Shown here: piece by piece, positions 48,924-61,497 of the stretch
Layout: the number at the start of each line of letters is the position of its first letter
Numbering within the stretch: position 1 is the stretch's first letter
Assembly: GCF_963921235.1 (NCBI RefSeq)
Contig: NW_026948254.1
Coordinates: 124,001 to 188,000 of the forward strand
Length of the DNA stretch: 64,000 nucleotides
From: Mobula hypostoma
Taxonomy: Eukaryota
Direction of reading: 5' to 3'
Program-made: the position numbers and the translations under genes
Notes under the pieces: model-generated
Databases searched by the model: none
The model's input: only the letters and a program-made list of their open reading frames with translations
Told to the model about the DNA's origin: nothing

Positions 48924-50357
48924 AAACATCGTCTTCTTCCTTGTTAAATATTTTATCAGTTTTCAGACGAACGTCACGGGGACGTAGGAGCCTGATGATC
49001 TTTGTGAAGTCCTTCCAGGTTGTGGAGTGCAGGATACAATGTTAATCTTCATCCTGTCCGGAAATATACTTTTGTTATATTCTCCCATTGTCTGTCAATG
49101 ACATTTATGTTCATTTGAGTTGATTGTCCACTCACTGTACTCAGCCATTGCTCGTGAACCTTCACTGACGTTTTGCTCTCTATGTCCGCTTGTGAATACG
49201 TCATCAATGCGTCTGAAATTGAGACAGCAGCTGAGTGATTGCACTCTGTCGACTCGCTGGTTAATGGATTATGAAATGACTTTGAAGTGACCTCTGATTG
49301 GGAAACTGACGTCGTACCCATGTCAAAGCAGATCTATCCAGTTGGATTGCGGGGGAAACTTTTCTGTCTCCAAAACTGCTTCTCATTGTTCATCTCATTG
49401 TGTAATCCATTCCATCAAAGTCACAATATATAACACATCAGTTGGAGGGAAACAGACAGACGGATAGACAGACACACAGATATACAGATGGACGGGTAGA
49501 CAGATAGGGATGTTGTCCAGTAGCAGCTACAGCCTGCAAGAGCAATGTAAATAGAGAAAGAAACAGTCTTTGTTCTTGGCATGTAGTTGCAGGAATTGAA
49601 TCTTCCATTTGGTGAGGCTGCTCTTGCAGCCGCCATTTGGTGAACTATTTCTTGCTCAGTGAAGAATTAATCAGAGCAACTGAACGTTTGTTTTATTATT
49701 TGTGCTGACGACCTTCTGAACCTGAGACCATGTCCATATAAGCCTCTGCTTGTATTGTTAAATGGCAGGCTTCCGGAAGGAACAGTCTGTGTTCTGGTCA
49801 CCTGGGTCAGCTGTTCGGCTACCCTGGTTGATCTGGTCTGAACCTGTCTAGGTGGAAAGGACAAAGTAAATTGCCCGGATCACATCTGTGCGAAAGAACC
49901 ACGAAACAATACTGTTTACAGCTTTGTGTCAGATCCAGTGAGAAGCTGACAAACGTCAGTCAGAAGCGCCGGCGACATAGGATTCAAAACATAACAGATT
50001 GATATGATAAGGAAAAGGATAGGAATAGAGGGTTTCAGGAGTACAGGCAACTCTGTGGAGACCAACAATCGGAGAAGTGATTACCTCAAGTCAGAAACGT
50101 GCATCGGGATCAAGTGAAACATCTGGCCAGCGTAGGCCACTTTTCCCGGTGTGCTACCTTTCCTCTTTTTAATGTTTTTGGAGAGTTAGCGGAATGTAGC
50201 AGATATTTAGTCTACATGCATTTCGCGGCCAACTCAAGCATGGGATATTTAATCCTGCATGTGTTTGAGAAGTGACTCAGATATCAGACCACCACATCAA
50301 CAAATACCTCTACTTTATTCACTTCCATGGATTGGCCTGTTTTGGCCACACACATCA

Positions 50358-51540
50358 AAATCAGAATCAGCTTTATTATCACCGGCATGTGATGTGAACT
50401 TAGCAGCAGCAGTTTAATGCAATACATAATTTAGCAGAGAGAAAACACAATAATAAATAAATTAAAAGCAATAATACTTAATAAGTAAATCAATTATGGT
50501 ATACATATACGTATTGAATAGATAAAAACTGTGCAAAAACAGAAAAAACAGAAATGAGGTATTGTCCAAAGATTCAATGCCCATTTAGGAATCGGATAGC
50601 AGAGGGGAGAAGCTGTTCCTGAATCGCAGAGTGTGTGCCTTCAGGCTTCTGTACCTCCGACCTGATGGTAACTGTGAGAAAAGGACATGCCCTGGGTGCT
50701 GGAGGCCCTTAATAATGGTGACTTTCTGAGACACCGCTCCCTAAAGATGCCCTGGGTACTTTGTAGGCCAGTACCCAAGATGAAGCTGACTCGACTTACA
50801 ACTCTCTGCAGCTTCTTTCTGTCCTCTGCCGTAGCCCCTCTATACCAGGCATTGATGCAGCCTGTCAGAATGCTCCCCACTGTACAGCTATAGAAGTTTT
50901 TTGAGTATGTTTGTTGACATGCCAAATCTCTCCAAACTCCTACTGAACTATAGCCGCTGTCTTGCCTTCTTTATAACTACATCTGTATGTTGGGACCAGG
51001 TTAGATCCTCAGAGATCTTGGTACCCAGGAACTTGAAACTGCTCACTGTGACCACTTCTGATCCCTCTGTGAGGATTGGTATGTGTTCCGTCTTCAATGA
51101 GCTCTTTGGTCTTACTGACGTTGAGTGCCGGGCTGTGCTGCGGCACCATTCCACTTGTTGGCATATCTCACTCCTGTACGCCCGCTCGTCACACCCTGAG
51201 ATTCTACCAACAATGGTTGTATCGTCAGCAGATTTATAGATGATATTTGAGCCACACAGTCATGTGTATATAAAGAGTAGAGCAGTGGGATAAGCACACA
51301 CCTCTGAGTGTCCGGTGTTGATCATCAGCGAAGAGGATATGTTATCACCACTCCTCACAGACTGTGGTCTTCCGGTTAGGAAGTGGAGGACCCAATTGCA
51401 GAGCGAGGTACAGAGGCCCAGGTTCTGCAACTTCTCAATCAGGTTAGTGCGAATGATGGTATTAAATGCTGAGCTGCAGTCGACGAAAAGCATCCTAAAG
51501 TAGGTGTTTGTTTTGTTCAGGTGGTCGTTTGATAATTTAT
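50358..51540 (-). mobile_element. Rex1/Babar-type LINE 3' fragment with (GATTCT)n tail
   Basis: [43 protein letters not shown]. Confidence 0.9.
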
Positions 51541-51577
51541 GATCCATTATTTTTCCTCCAGAGTGAGTCGCGTGACA

Positions 51578-52736
51578 GCGAGCACTGTGAGGGTCATGTT
51601 TTTTTGACTTCTCCAGTCCTTTCAACACCATCCGCCCTGCTCTGCTGGGGGAGAAGCTGACAGCGATGCAGGTGGATGCTTTCCTGGTGTCATGGATTCT
51701 TGATTACCTGACTGGCAGACCACAGCTACGTATGCTTGCAACACTGTGTGTCCGACAGAGTGAATCAGCAGCACTGGGGCTCCACGGGGAAATGTCTTGT
51801 CTCTCTTTCTCTTCACCATTTACACCTCGGACTTCAACTACTGCACAGAGTCTTGTCACCTTCAGAAGTTTTGCGATGACTCTGCCATAGTTGGATGCAT
51901 CAGCAAGGGAGGCGAGGCTGAGTACAGGGCTACGGTAGGAAACTTTGTCACATGGTGTGAGCAGAATTATCTGCAGCTTAATGTGAAAAACACTAAGGAG
52001 CTGGTGGTAGACCTGAGGAGAGCTAAGGTACTGGTGATCCCTGTTTCCATCCAGGGGGTCAGTGTGGACATGCTGGAGGATTGCAAATACCTGGGGATAC
52101 GAACTGACAATAAACTGGACTGGTCAAAGAACACTGAGGCTGTCTCCAGGAAGGGTCAAAGCCGTCTCGACTTCCTGAGGAGACTGAGGTCCTGTAACAT
52201 CTGCCGGACGATGCTGACGATGTTGTACGAGTCTGTGGTGGCCAGTGCGATCATGTTTGCTGTTGTGTGCTAGGGCAGCAGGCTGAGGGTGGTAGGGACC
52301 AACAGAATCAACAAACTCATTCGTAAGGCCAGTGATGTTGTGGGGATGGAATTGGACTCTCTGACAGTGGTGTCTGAAAAGAGGATGCTGTCTAAGTTGC
52401 ATGCCATCTTGGACAATGTCTCCCATCCACTACATAATGTATTGGTTGGGCACAGGAGTACATTCAGCCAGAGACTCATTCCACCGAGATGCAACACAGA
52501 GCGTCATAGGAAGTCATTCTTGCTTGTGGCCATCAAACTTTACAACTCCTCCCTTGGAGGGTCAGACACTCTGAGCCAATAGGCTGGTCCTGGACGTATT
52601 TCCTGTCATAATTTACATATCACTATTTAACTGTTTATGGTTTTATTACTATTTAATTATTTATGATACAACTGTAACGAAAACCAAATTCCCTCGGGAT
52701 CAATAAAGAATGACTACGACTATGACTATGACTATG
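51578..52736 (+). mobile_element. Rex1/Babar LINE 3' fragment of the same young subfamily as 33941-35441
   Basis: Near-identical to the reverse complement of 33945-35105, with frameshifts and a stop; (GACTAT)n tail. Confidence 0.93.
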
Positions 52737-53369
52737 TCTACAAGTCCCAAAGTCTAAAACAGAAACATAGACCACCAGGAATTATCCAGTGAAACTATCT
52801 GCGTGGAAAGAAAATCTAGCTGACACTCACCCTCGGAAATAAGTCAAGATTATTAACGTGACTATTTCCAACTTGGAGAAAGAAAAAAAAAGTAAAACAC
52901 GGAACTTTAGTCGTTCTCTCTGAAGCGTGAAATCCTAGCCGTTCTTTAGGGTTCCGTCGTATCGGAGCGAGAAACTGACACGGGCATCATCATAGCAGCA
53001 ACGAGAGGTCAGTTTAGACGGTGTAAGACAAAGGAACACAGCTTATTTCAGCTCGTTGTAAGGTGTCCGCTTGGAAGATGAGATGTCCTTCCTCTCTTCT
53101 CTGTTTGGCCTAACTATGGCAGTGGACAAGTCAGAGTAAAATATCCGAATGTCACTGTATTAAGCAGTAAATTGTGATGGACAACAGCTCAGGATCAGTC
53201 AGGTCGACCGTGTGCCCGAATTCTGCAGAACGAGCACCCAAACTCGGTTGTTTTGTTTTTTTTTCTCTCTAATTTAGTGGAGACATCACTGTCACCACTG
53301 AAAGTGCAGTAGCCTAGGTCGGCAGGTACGCGTCTAAATCGCAGCGTCAATTACTTACATCGACATGAA

Positions 53370-53905
53370 ACGAATAAAGCTGCTGATTCAATTCTATTCA
53401 GGAATAATCCAGTCTGTTCTCTGTCCGTCCATCACTGTCTGGTTTGGATCAGCTACCAAACAAGACGAGAATAGACTCCAAAGAACCGTCGGGGCTGCGG
53501 AAAGGATTATTGGTGTGAAGCTGCCCTCGATCCAGGACTTATATGCATCTAGAGTCAGGGAGCGAGAAAGCAGCATCATTGTAGACCCATCACACCCTGG
53601 ACATCACCTGTCCCAACTCCTTCCTTCTGGTAGGCGCTTTAGATCACTGTATGCCAGGACAAATAGGTACAAGAACAGTTTATTTCCGTATGCCATCAGT
53701 CTTATGAACAATTGAATTTTAGTCTATTATAAACCAAGTCCACCTGTACATACACAGGTATACCTCATTGTATATAGTTCACGATTATTTGCACTATTGT
53801 TTTGTTTGCTTTTTGATTCTGTACAGCGAGAGCTCAGGGAAACCGGCATCAAATTCCCTGTATGTGTCCACATACTTGGCGATAATAAAGGATTCTGATT
53901 CTGAT
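53370..53905 (+). mobile_element. Rex1-type LINE 3' fragment
   Basis: FY..IIQSVL..SITVWFG...RLQR....AERIIG..LPS..DLY...DPSHPGH.L..LLPSGRR; aataaaggattctgattctga tail. Confidence 0.88.
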
Positions 53906-54964
53906 AAAGATAACACCTCACGCTAATTTATACTACAAAATACGCATCCAATAATCCTATGTTCTTCGTATGAGATTTCCATGATATGGAGAAATGGTTA
54001 TAACTAGTGAACACATGCAGGTTTCTAATAATTATTAAACTACGAATGAAGCATCTGTTCCTCCTCCGCATCAAGGAGAGAATGAAAGATTCATCGCTGA
54101 TATCTAAGATATTCCACGTTCGGCAACTTTCTGGTGAAATACTTTTGGATCCTCTCCACCGCAACACGCACTTTACTTATGGAGAACAGAAAGGTCACGA
54201 TACATTAATCAGGCCAATATTAGATATTATTGTATCATGACCTTTCCCGTCAGTGAACGCGGGTATTCGGTATGTACTGAACACCACATTATCAATCCGT
54301 ACCGCTGCTTTCGCTGATGTTTGGACTTCCATTTCCTTGTCCGTCTCTACATCAGCACTCTCGAGAACCCCGTCACTCTTCGTGAATATCCGTGCCCTAT
54401 TCATCCATGGAAGGAAACCAATACGTACTGTACCTCAATACTGACCCCAATCAGCCCTTTGCTGACCATCAGTCAAACTGATCAATTTCAGCCCATAACC
54501 GACGGCCTGTGAGCTGATAACTGCACCGAGTGTACAGACAGTCAAAGGATCTTAAAGCCAATCAGTCCAGACCATTCAATACATAAGCACATCGATGTAA
54601 CACGACAAGAAAAAAAAACAGAATATGCGATATTGTGTTTTATTTACAGCGCAAGTGCAGTTCAGATGGTGAAATATGTAAATATCGCTGTCTACCCCAC
54701 CGTCAACAACGCTCCCAATTTTGTTCATCCGCAAAGCAATTGTCTTTGTTGGTATAAATGTAATGAATGCAGATGCTCGGCCCGTTTAAGTATTTGCGCC
54801 CATTCGAGGGTCCTGTGCACGGTGATGGAATTACTTTGCTTCATACTGCTACGAGGCCTTGATGGCAGCCGGTTCGGCAATAACAATCAATACACCGAGA
54901 GGTGGGCCTGGAGTGTTTCACAACAACATTCACTGACTTTTCAGATCGTCATTTCTCCGTCTTT

Positions 54965-55197
54965 GCGATGTTGCAATTTCGCATCAAGCTAGTCATACCT
55001 CATCACAATTGGGACTTTACTTGACTGACATCATGTTTATTTTTACCCCGGCTGTTGGAAGACACGTCAGCCTTGTGTAGTATTGAATATTCAGCGTGCT
55101 GGAGCGAGTATAAATGAATGAGCGTGGAGATTCATCAGCTCAGAGTTTCTTCAGCGAGATCGCGGGCAGCTGGGAGTCAGGCTGAATCTTTCACAGA
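54965..55197 (+). promoter_or_regulatory. Conserved proximal promoter/5' UTR of copy D
   Basis: ACACGTCA 55062-55069, TGAATATTCA, TATAAAT 55109-55115. Confidence 0.7.
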
Positions 55198-55264
55198 ATG
55201 CTTGAAACATTTTACCGTGTGAGAAAGATATGGTACATGGTCATTGCCGTTACTGGTGTTCCTG
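55198..55264 (+). CDS. gpr139-like: GPR139-like copy D, exon 1 (MLETFYRVRKIWYMVIAVTGVP, phase 1)
   Basis: 67 nt, donor G|gtaaga. Confidence 0.88.
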
Positions 55265-56674
55265 GTAAGAACATAGGCGAACTAATATTTGCAGTTCTTT
55301 GTGCGCGGTCTTTGGACTTGTTCCTTTACCGACATGAATGCGGGTGTATCAGTGAGTGCGCAGCAGACGTTGTGACAAAAACTTTGTGTTCGTTCAGAAG
55401 TTCCCTTGAAGTTTCAGCTGTGGCCTCCGCTGAAAATAAACCGGCAGCTGAAACTGATATAGAGTGGGATATCGGGGAAAAGGCTTCATTTTGCTGAATC
55501 ATGACAAGCAGTTTTGGATTATCATTGCAAAGCTGTTGTTAAAATAAGCTCCGATAATCCGGTGCGCTCGGCACCTTCACCGGCTGCTTTGTGTTATTCC
55601 GAATCAATAGCGCAACATGCGTTAAATACAAATTTAAAGGTATTGCTTTGTGTTTTAAGAAGTTGCTGCAAGTTTGAAGGGAACTTGAGAAGCGAATCCC
55701 CGGTGAGATTCAGGAGAGCACGGTAGATATCACTTGTGACTTAGACTCCGCACCATCGGGAGTTTCCACGATTCAAATTAGGGTCTGCACGCGATATAGT
55801 GAACCAGGAATTTTTCCACGTCCCATTATCAGAGAAATGAAGAGGGAATTAAGAGAGAACCCTGCTGGTGTCAGTTAGAGTTCAGACGGGATAAGTTTCA
55901 TGCAATTCTCCGATCTGGAAGAACAAACATTGAAATATTTAGAATAACGCTGCAGTAATTTGGAGCAAACCCTAACAGGCACATGCTTTGATGTACATAT
56001 TCTGTTTTCTCCTTTGGAAATTGGATGGATTAAACACTAACTTCTAACATATTTGAAACATTCAGCGAGTCAGGCAAAATCTTTAAAAGCGAAAATTGAA
56101 CTTTCTCTTCAGTTTCCTTGAAAACAACGTGAAGGAACACTCGCAAGAGTGGCTACAGAATTCATAAGTAGCTAGCCAAGGGAGGCCACGGTGGGCGGGT
56201 GACAAACAGAAGTCGAGGAGGATAGGAAGATAATACAACGGGAGAATGAACTTTGCTGGGAAATTTGTAAATAGGCAGCGGTGTGGGAGCGGGGTTCTGC
56301 GCATGCGGAGAATGCCGGAACACAGGTGACGGTATCGCGGCAATCAGAATCGCTGAGCAAGTTGCCGAGCGACCAAGCTTTAGAAATCAGTCGAAAACCT
56401 AATGGTGGGTGTTGGAAATTGATACCCCCAAAGCACCCTGAGCGATCAGTTGACAGAGCCTCCTTCCCAAATTCTGCTCCTCCTCGAGTACTGCACCCTT
56501 TTCACCAGAATGCACGTGTATGAGGCTTCTGCGACCCCCGCATTACACCTTAGAAACCTCCAGAAGCCAGCTGTCTGGAAAGTTTTAATGTTCTCCATTT
56601 ACAGCTAATCTCCACACTGAGAACCATGGAGTGGCGAGATAATAATTCACTCATTCTTTTTGCTATTCCCGCAG

Positions 56675-57585
56675 TGAACGTTGTGGCGATTGTGATCCTG
56701 TCCCGGGGAAAGTGCGGTCTCTCTACCTGCACCACTCGCTACCTGGTGGCCATGGCAACGGCGGATCTAATGACCATCGTCTTTCCGGTGATATTGTGGC
56801 GGGTCAGTTATTATTACTTCCCTGGGACTTTCCTGGACATCACCCCCGTATGCAGTGTGATCTCTGCCCTGGGAGAGGCAGCCACTGACTGTTCTGTCTG
56901 GTTCACCGTCACTTTTACATTTGATCGGTTTGTCGCCATCTGTTGCCAGAAGCAGAAAGCAAAGTATTGCACCGGGAAAACTGCGGCTGTGGTTCTGACA
57001 ACAATCGGTGTTTTGCTTGGTTTTAAAAATATGGCCAACGCCTTTGTATATTTTCCTGTGAAAGTGATTGACAATATACCCTGGGACTGTATTACAAAGT
57101 CGGATTACTTTACAGATCCCGGCTGGCTGGGATATAGGTGGCTTTCGACAGTTCTAAGGCCATTGATCCCCTTCGTATTTATACTAATGCTCAACGCTCT
57201 GACAGTCAGGCACATTTTGGTGACTAGTCGCGTCCGTAAGGGGCTGAGGGGTCAGAGCAAGGCGGAGAACCGCAGTGACCCGGAGATGGAGAGCAGGAGG
57301 AGGTCTGTGATCTTACTTCTCACCATCTCCGGAAGCTTCATCATCCTGTGGTCGGTGAATGTTGTCGAATTCCTTTATAGCGTCATTGCCGGATTGGATC
57401 AAACTGAGTACAATGGCTCTCAATGCATTTTTCAACACACCGGATACATGCTGATGATATTAAGTTGCTGCACAAACACTTTTATTTATGGGGTAACTCA
57501 GTCCAAATTCAGAGAGCAGTTCGTCAACGCAGCGAGATATCCACTCGTGTCAATTATTCAATTAATTCATATACAAATTATTTAA
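56675..57585 (+). CDS. gpr139-like: GPR139-like class A GPCR copy D, exon 2 (911 nt; spliced product 325 aa)
   Basis: Acceptor ttcccgcag|TG AAC; intact frame with TFDRFVAICC, PWDC and CCTNTFIY. Confidence 0.92.
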
Positions 57586-58546
57586 GTTCTCAGAGACTAA
57601 CGCAGGGTTCTCCATCTTGACACTGCAGAAATGGCGGTCAACAGAGGACGAGGTTTAGAGCCCGAGAGACACAGCACGGGAACCCGCAGCTCACGAACTC
57701 CACCTCCTACCGATCATTAAACCAATCTGACAGGTTGTTTTTATGTTTATTTCACCATATTCCCGCTCCGGTCATTGCCACATCCATTTCGATAATGATA
57801 GGGTGAGCCAGGATCTCAGGACATTTGCATAAAAATGAAATGAAAAAGAAATACTACATTGCATACAGTTACAGTTAGCCTTGCACTGGTCCTGCTCATT
57901 AGGATAAAGTTGTTACAGCAAAAATGTTAAGCACTGCAGAACTCATGTATTCTGTCCATAATTGTGCAATATTATGTGGCTGACTAAGTCCAGGGAAGAA
58001 CCATTCCGGCCCGCCGAACCCGTGAGATTGAGACGACTGTCCCAAACCGAAACCCGGTTTGTGTGGATGCTCTGTAATTTGCTGCCCTGTTGCAACTCAG
58101 TGCCAAGAAATTACAGAGAGGACACTGCAGATTTTAGGGGATTCACTGGCCAAACTGTCTCACAATCGGCTTTAGGGCAGTAAGTACAATAATATTTAGG
58201 CAAGACTACAGCAAACATCACTTTGTCTTCCATTGCATTCACGTTACACGAAGTCAGTAACTGTGAGATATTATCGCTATTTATTTTCAGACAAGAGGAT
58301 GTTTATTTACTCTTCGTGGAGGTGCATTGGGGTAGCACCACAGAATGTGCTGACCTTATCCAATTGAAAGTGAATCTTGGCGGGTCAGTGCGTTAAGTCT
58401 TCGTCCATTACCTTCGAATTCTATAAAACAAAATAGTGCCTGCGATTGATAAATTTGTACGCAGGTGTTGCTGAATGTATACAAGTAATTCAAGATCAAA
58501 ACTTGAAAAGTTAGAAATGCATTATGCTTCAGCTAACGTGCATGTT

Positions 58547-58561
58547 ATGTGTGTGTGTTTA

Positions 58562-58595
<34 letters not shown>

Positions 58596-58610
58596 TGTGT
58601 GTGTGTGTGT
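58547..58610. repeat. (TG)n microsatellite
   Basis: Direct inspection. Confidence 0.95.
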
Positions 58611-59275
58611 TTTAACGAGTATAATCAGTATTATTACAGATGCAGACGGAGTGTCGCAGCGTGTGAAAGTGCGACCACATAGGTTCAGCGATCCCAGTAG
58701 ATCTTGACCTCAGGGCTTTCACTGTGCAGAATTTTCGGCATACGATAATCCGTGCTTCCAATGGGAGATTTATTTTCCTCCAAAGTGCACAAGACGTGCG
58801 TGGGGTCAGTGAAGATTGGTTCGTTCGCGCCCACAATCAGGTTGTTGGTTGGGGTCCATTCAAAAGCCCCAATTTCCTGGTCAGTTTTGTACCATTGCTA
58901 GTTCGAACGTCACAGGGGCCTCGTGATTGGGTGACATATGATCTTGTGGATGTATCGAGAGGGCTGTAGATGGCGGTGAACAGAAATGCAAAGGAAGGTC
59001 TAGAATTAACTTAGACAAAGACTCGAAATAAACAAGATGCCACAAACCCAATCAAAAAAAAATAAATAAATCACAGGCAGAAGTAATTGAAATTAAACTC
59101 TTACGATTGAGCACTGAGTGCTCAGCACGAGACTTTTAGGCATAGACTTTCCATGTTTGAATGTGGTGGGCAATAACTGGCAGTCTGAGTCTTAAAGGGA
59201 CAGCGGCATCTAACCATACTCCGGGGAGCTGGAGTGCCAGAACCTCGATGTTCAGTCTGGACAATGACAGAGGAG

Positions 59276-59416
59276 TAAACAACAGGAATTCTGCAGATGC
59301 TGTAAATTCAAGGAACACACATCAACGTTGCTGGTGAACGCAGCAGGCCTTACTCACTCTTCCTTCAGTTTGTCCTGACGAAGGGTCTCGGCCTGAAACG
59401 TCGACTGCACCTCTTC
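59276..59416 (+). mobile_element. Penelope-like mini-insertion (inverted terminus plus hammerhead-bearing segment)
   Basis: 14-bp TSD caatgacagaggag at 59262-59275 and 59417-59430. Confidence 0.85.
59372..59405 (+). ncRNA. Minimal type I hammerhead ribozyme motif
   Basis: GTC-CTGACGA-AGG-gtctcgg-CCT-GAAA-CG-TC-GAC. Confidence 0.68.
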
Positions 59417-60571
59417 CAATGACAGAGGAGCTTTTCCCTGCTTGTGAACCGCGGAGTGTTTGACGTTAATCTACATCCTCTCTTGAACCATTCTTTTTCT
59501 TTACGTTATTCCGTTGTATGTCCACAACGTCAAATTAGGGCTGAGAATTTGTATTTTCGTTTGAAATGATTTCCAGTCTCTGTCCTTCATTTTCTCAGGC
59601 AATTCACGTTAAGCTTCACTTTCTGTTTGCATGCTATGTCCAACAAACAATATATCACCAACGCAGTTAAAACTGGGAGGCTCAGAGAGAGATTGCACTC
59701 TGCCGACTCGCCGGCGATTTCGATACTGAACCGCCGCCGGCCTTTGCAAATGCCCTTGAAGTGACAATAGAGCGGTAAACTGACGTCATTCCCACGTCAC
59801 AGCGCATCCGTCCGGTAACACTGAGAAAAGATGCATTTCCGTCTCCATAACGATTTTTCATCGCCCATCTCCTTGTGAAATCCGCTCGATCAAAGTGGCA
59901 GTATCTGGCACAGCAGCAAATGAACAGAGAGACAGAGAGACAGACAAAGAAACGAGTAGGCAGCGCATAGACAGACTGACAGGCGAATCGATAGACAGAT
60001 AGACAGTGGACCTGGACAAAGAAAAAAAAATGTTCTTGCCATGAAGTCGCAGGAATGGCGGTTCTTATTCAGAAATTGCTTAATCAGAGCACTCCAATTG
60101 GGCCCAATTTGTTTTGGTTTTAGTTATTGCTGATCGTCTGATAAACCTGAGACCATTTTCAGACAAGGAAAAAATCACAATGATAGGCTTGTAGACAGAA
60201 CAGACTGTGGCCCGCTGGTCTGAGCCCAGTGTTTGGCTAACCTGGTTGGACTAGACTGAAGCAGTCTGAGTGGGGAAATGACCTGAATCACACGTCTGGG
60301 GCAAAGAGCCATGAAGTTTGATTTAGCGAAACTGAAGCTGAGAAGAGTGATCTGAAAAAGGAAAAAGATCGGACTAGAGGATTTCAGCGACAGCAGCGAC
60401 AACTCTGTGCAGAGCACCCAGCGCAGGAGTGGGTGACCCCGAGTCATAAACTGCGGGATTACAATAGGATGACGAGTAAGACATGGCCAGCCTAGTCTCC
60501 TTTTCCCGGGTGTTAACGTTCGTATTCTTTGACTGTTTGTGAAGGGTACGGGAAACCTGGTTAGTGTCCAC

Positions 60572-61497
60572 TGTTACGTACCCCGTAACTGAGTTGCCAA
60601 ACCAGCAGAAATGGACCACTCAGTTGGAGTCTGGATTACTGGAACTAAGAAAGTTTTATTAAAGAAATAAGCAACACAGTACTCTAATAGTAAGGATATA
60701 AATGCAACAGTTCAGCAATGATAAACACCCATGTACACAGATATAGGATAATAGGATCAATCAAGCTCTATCGTCGTCTAGGGGTAAATGACCAGTTTCA
60801 AAGTGACGCAAAGTTCAGTTCAATTGAATTCAGTTCAGTTCACGGTAATCACTGCCGTGCCATTGGACGGGGGTGAGGAGAGAGAGAGAGGGAAGCCGAA
60901 TGAATATTCAAATCGGCTTCCACACAGACCTTCGATATTCCTCGCAGTCAGCTTTCGGGCGAGCCCTTTGTAATGTCTTCTGAGGTCACCAACTGTGACC
61001 CCTCCGTTTCAGATACGACCGTTACTCTGCAGTGAACCTGGCACCCAGGCAAGGGCGGACACACACCAGGTTCCCGCCGATCGTACCTTTCCACCCTGTG
61101 CGTCTATGGCTTGGTCCCGCGACCAGCCCTCCAAAAGACTCACACCGACTTGTGGGAGGCGCACCGCTTCCAGGGTCTCGTTACCTCGTGGTGTCGTGTG
61201 TGTCGCCTTAGCGAACCTGTCCCTTTTTATCCCCCTGCTGGGGTATCGCCTGTCCATCACACTTCAAACAGTTCAGGGTTCAAACGGAGCCGATCTTGAC
61301 AAATACCCAGACTGGTGTCTCCTTCCGTTAAACTCTCTCGTCTCTTCATTAACATTTCCAAATGCTGCTCCATTGTCTTATTTATCTCTCTTTCTCCTGA
61401 AGACAGGTGGCAGATCAACTGTTGATCTCACTGGTGCCAGCTCAGGGCAGTTAACATCTTAATCTATGTGTACTTTTTGTAACCCTCTTTCGTCACA
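60572..61497 (-). mobile_element. Gypsy-type solo LTR (926 bp)
   Basis: TGTTACG...CGTCACA termini; 4-bp TSD CCAC at 60568-60571 and 61498-61501; AATAAA on the minus strand near 60657; removing it restores continuity with the paralogous site at 24180-24270. Confidence 0.88.

Larger units (their letters stand above)
49190..54860 (+). repeat. Far-upstream duplicated cassette of copy D, interrupted by three Rex1-type insertions
   Basis: Colinear similarity of 49190-50350, 52740-53360 and 53905-54860 to 59640-63230 and, inverted, to 22930-25340. Confidence 0.68.
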
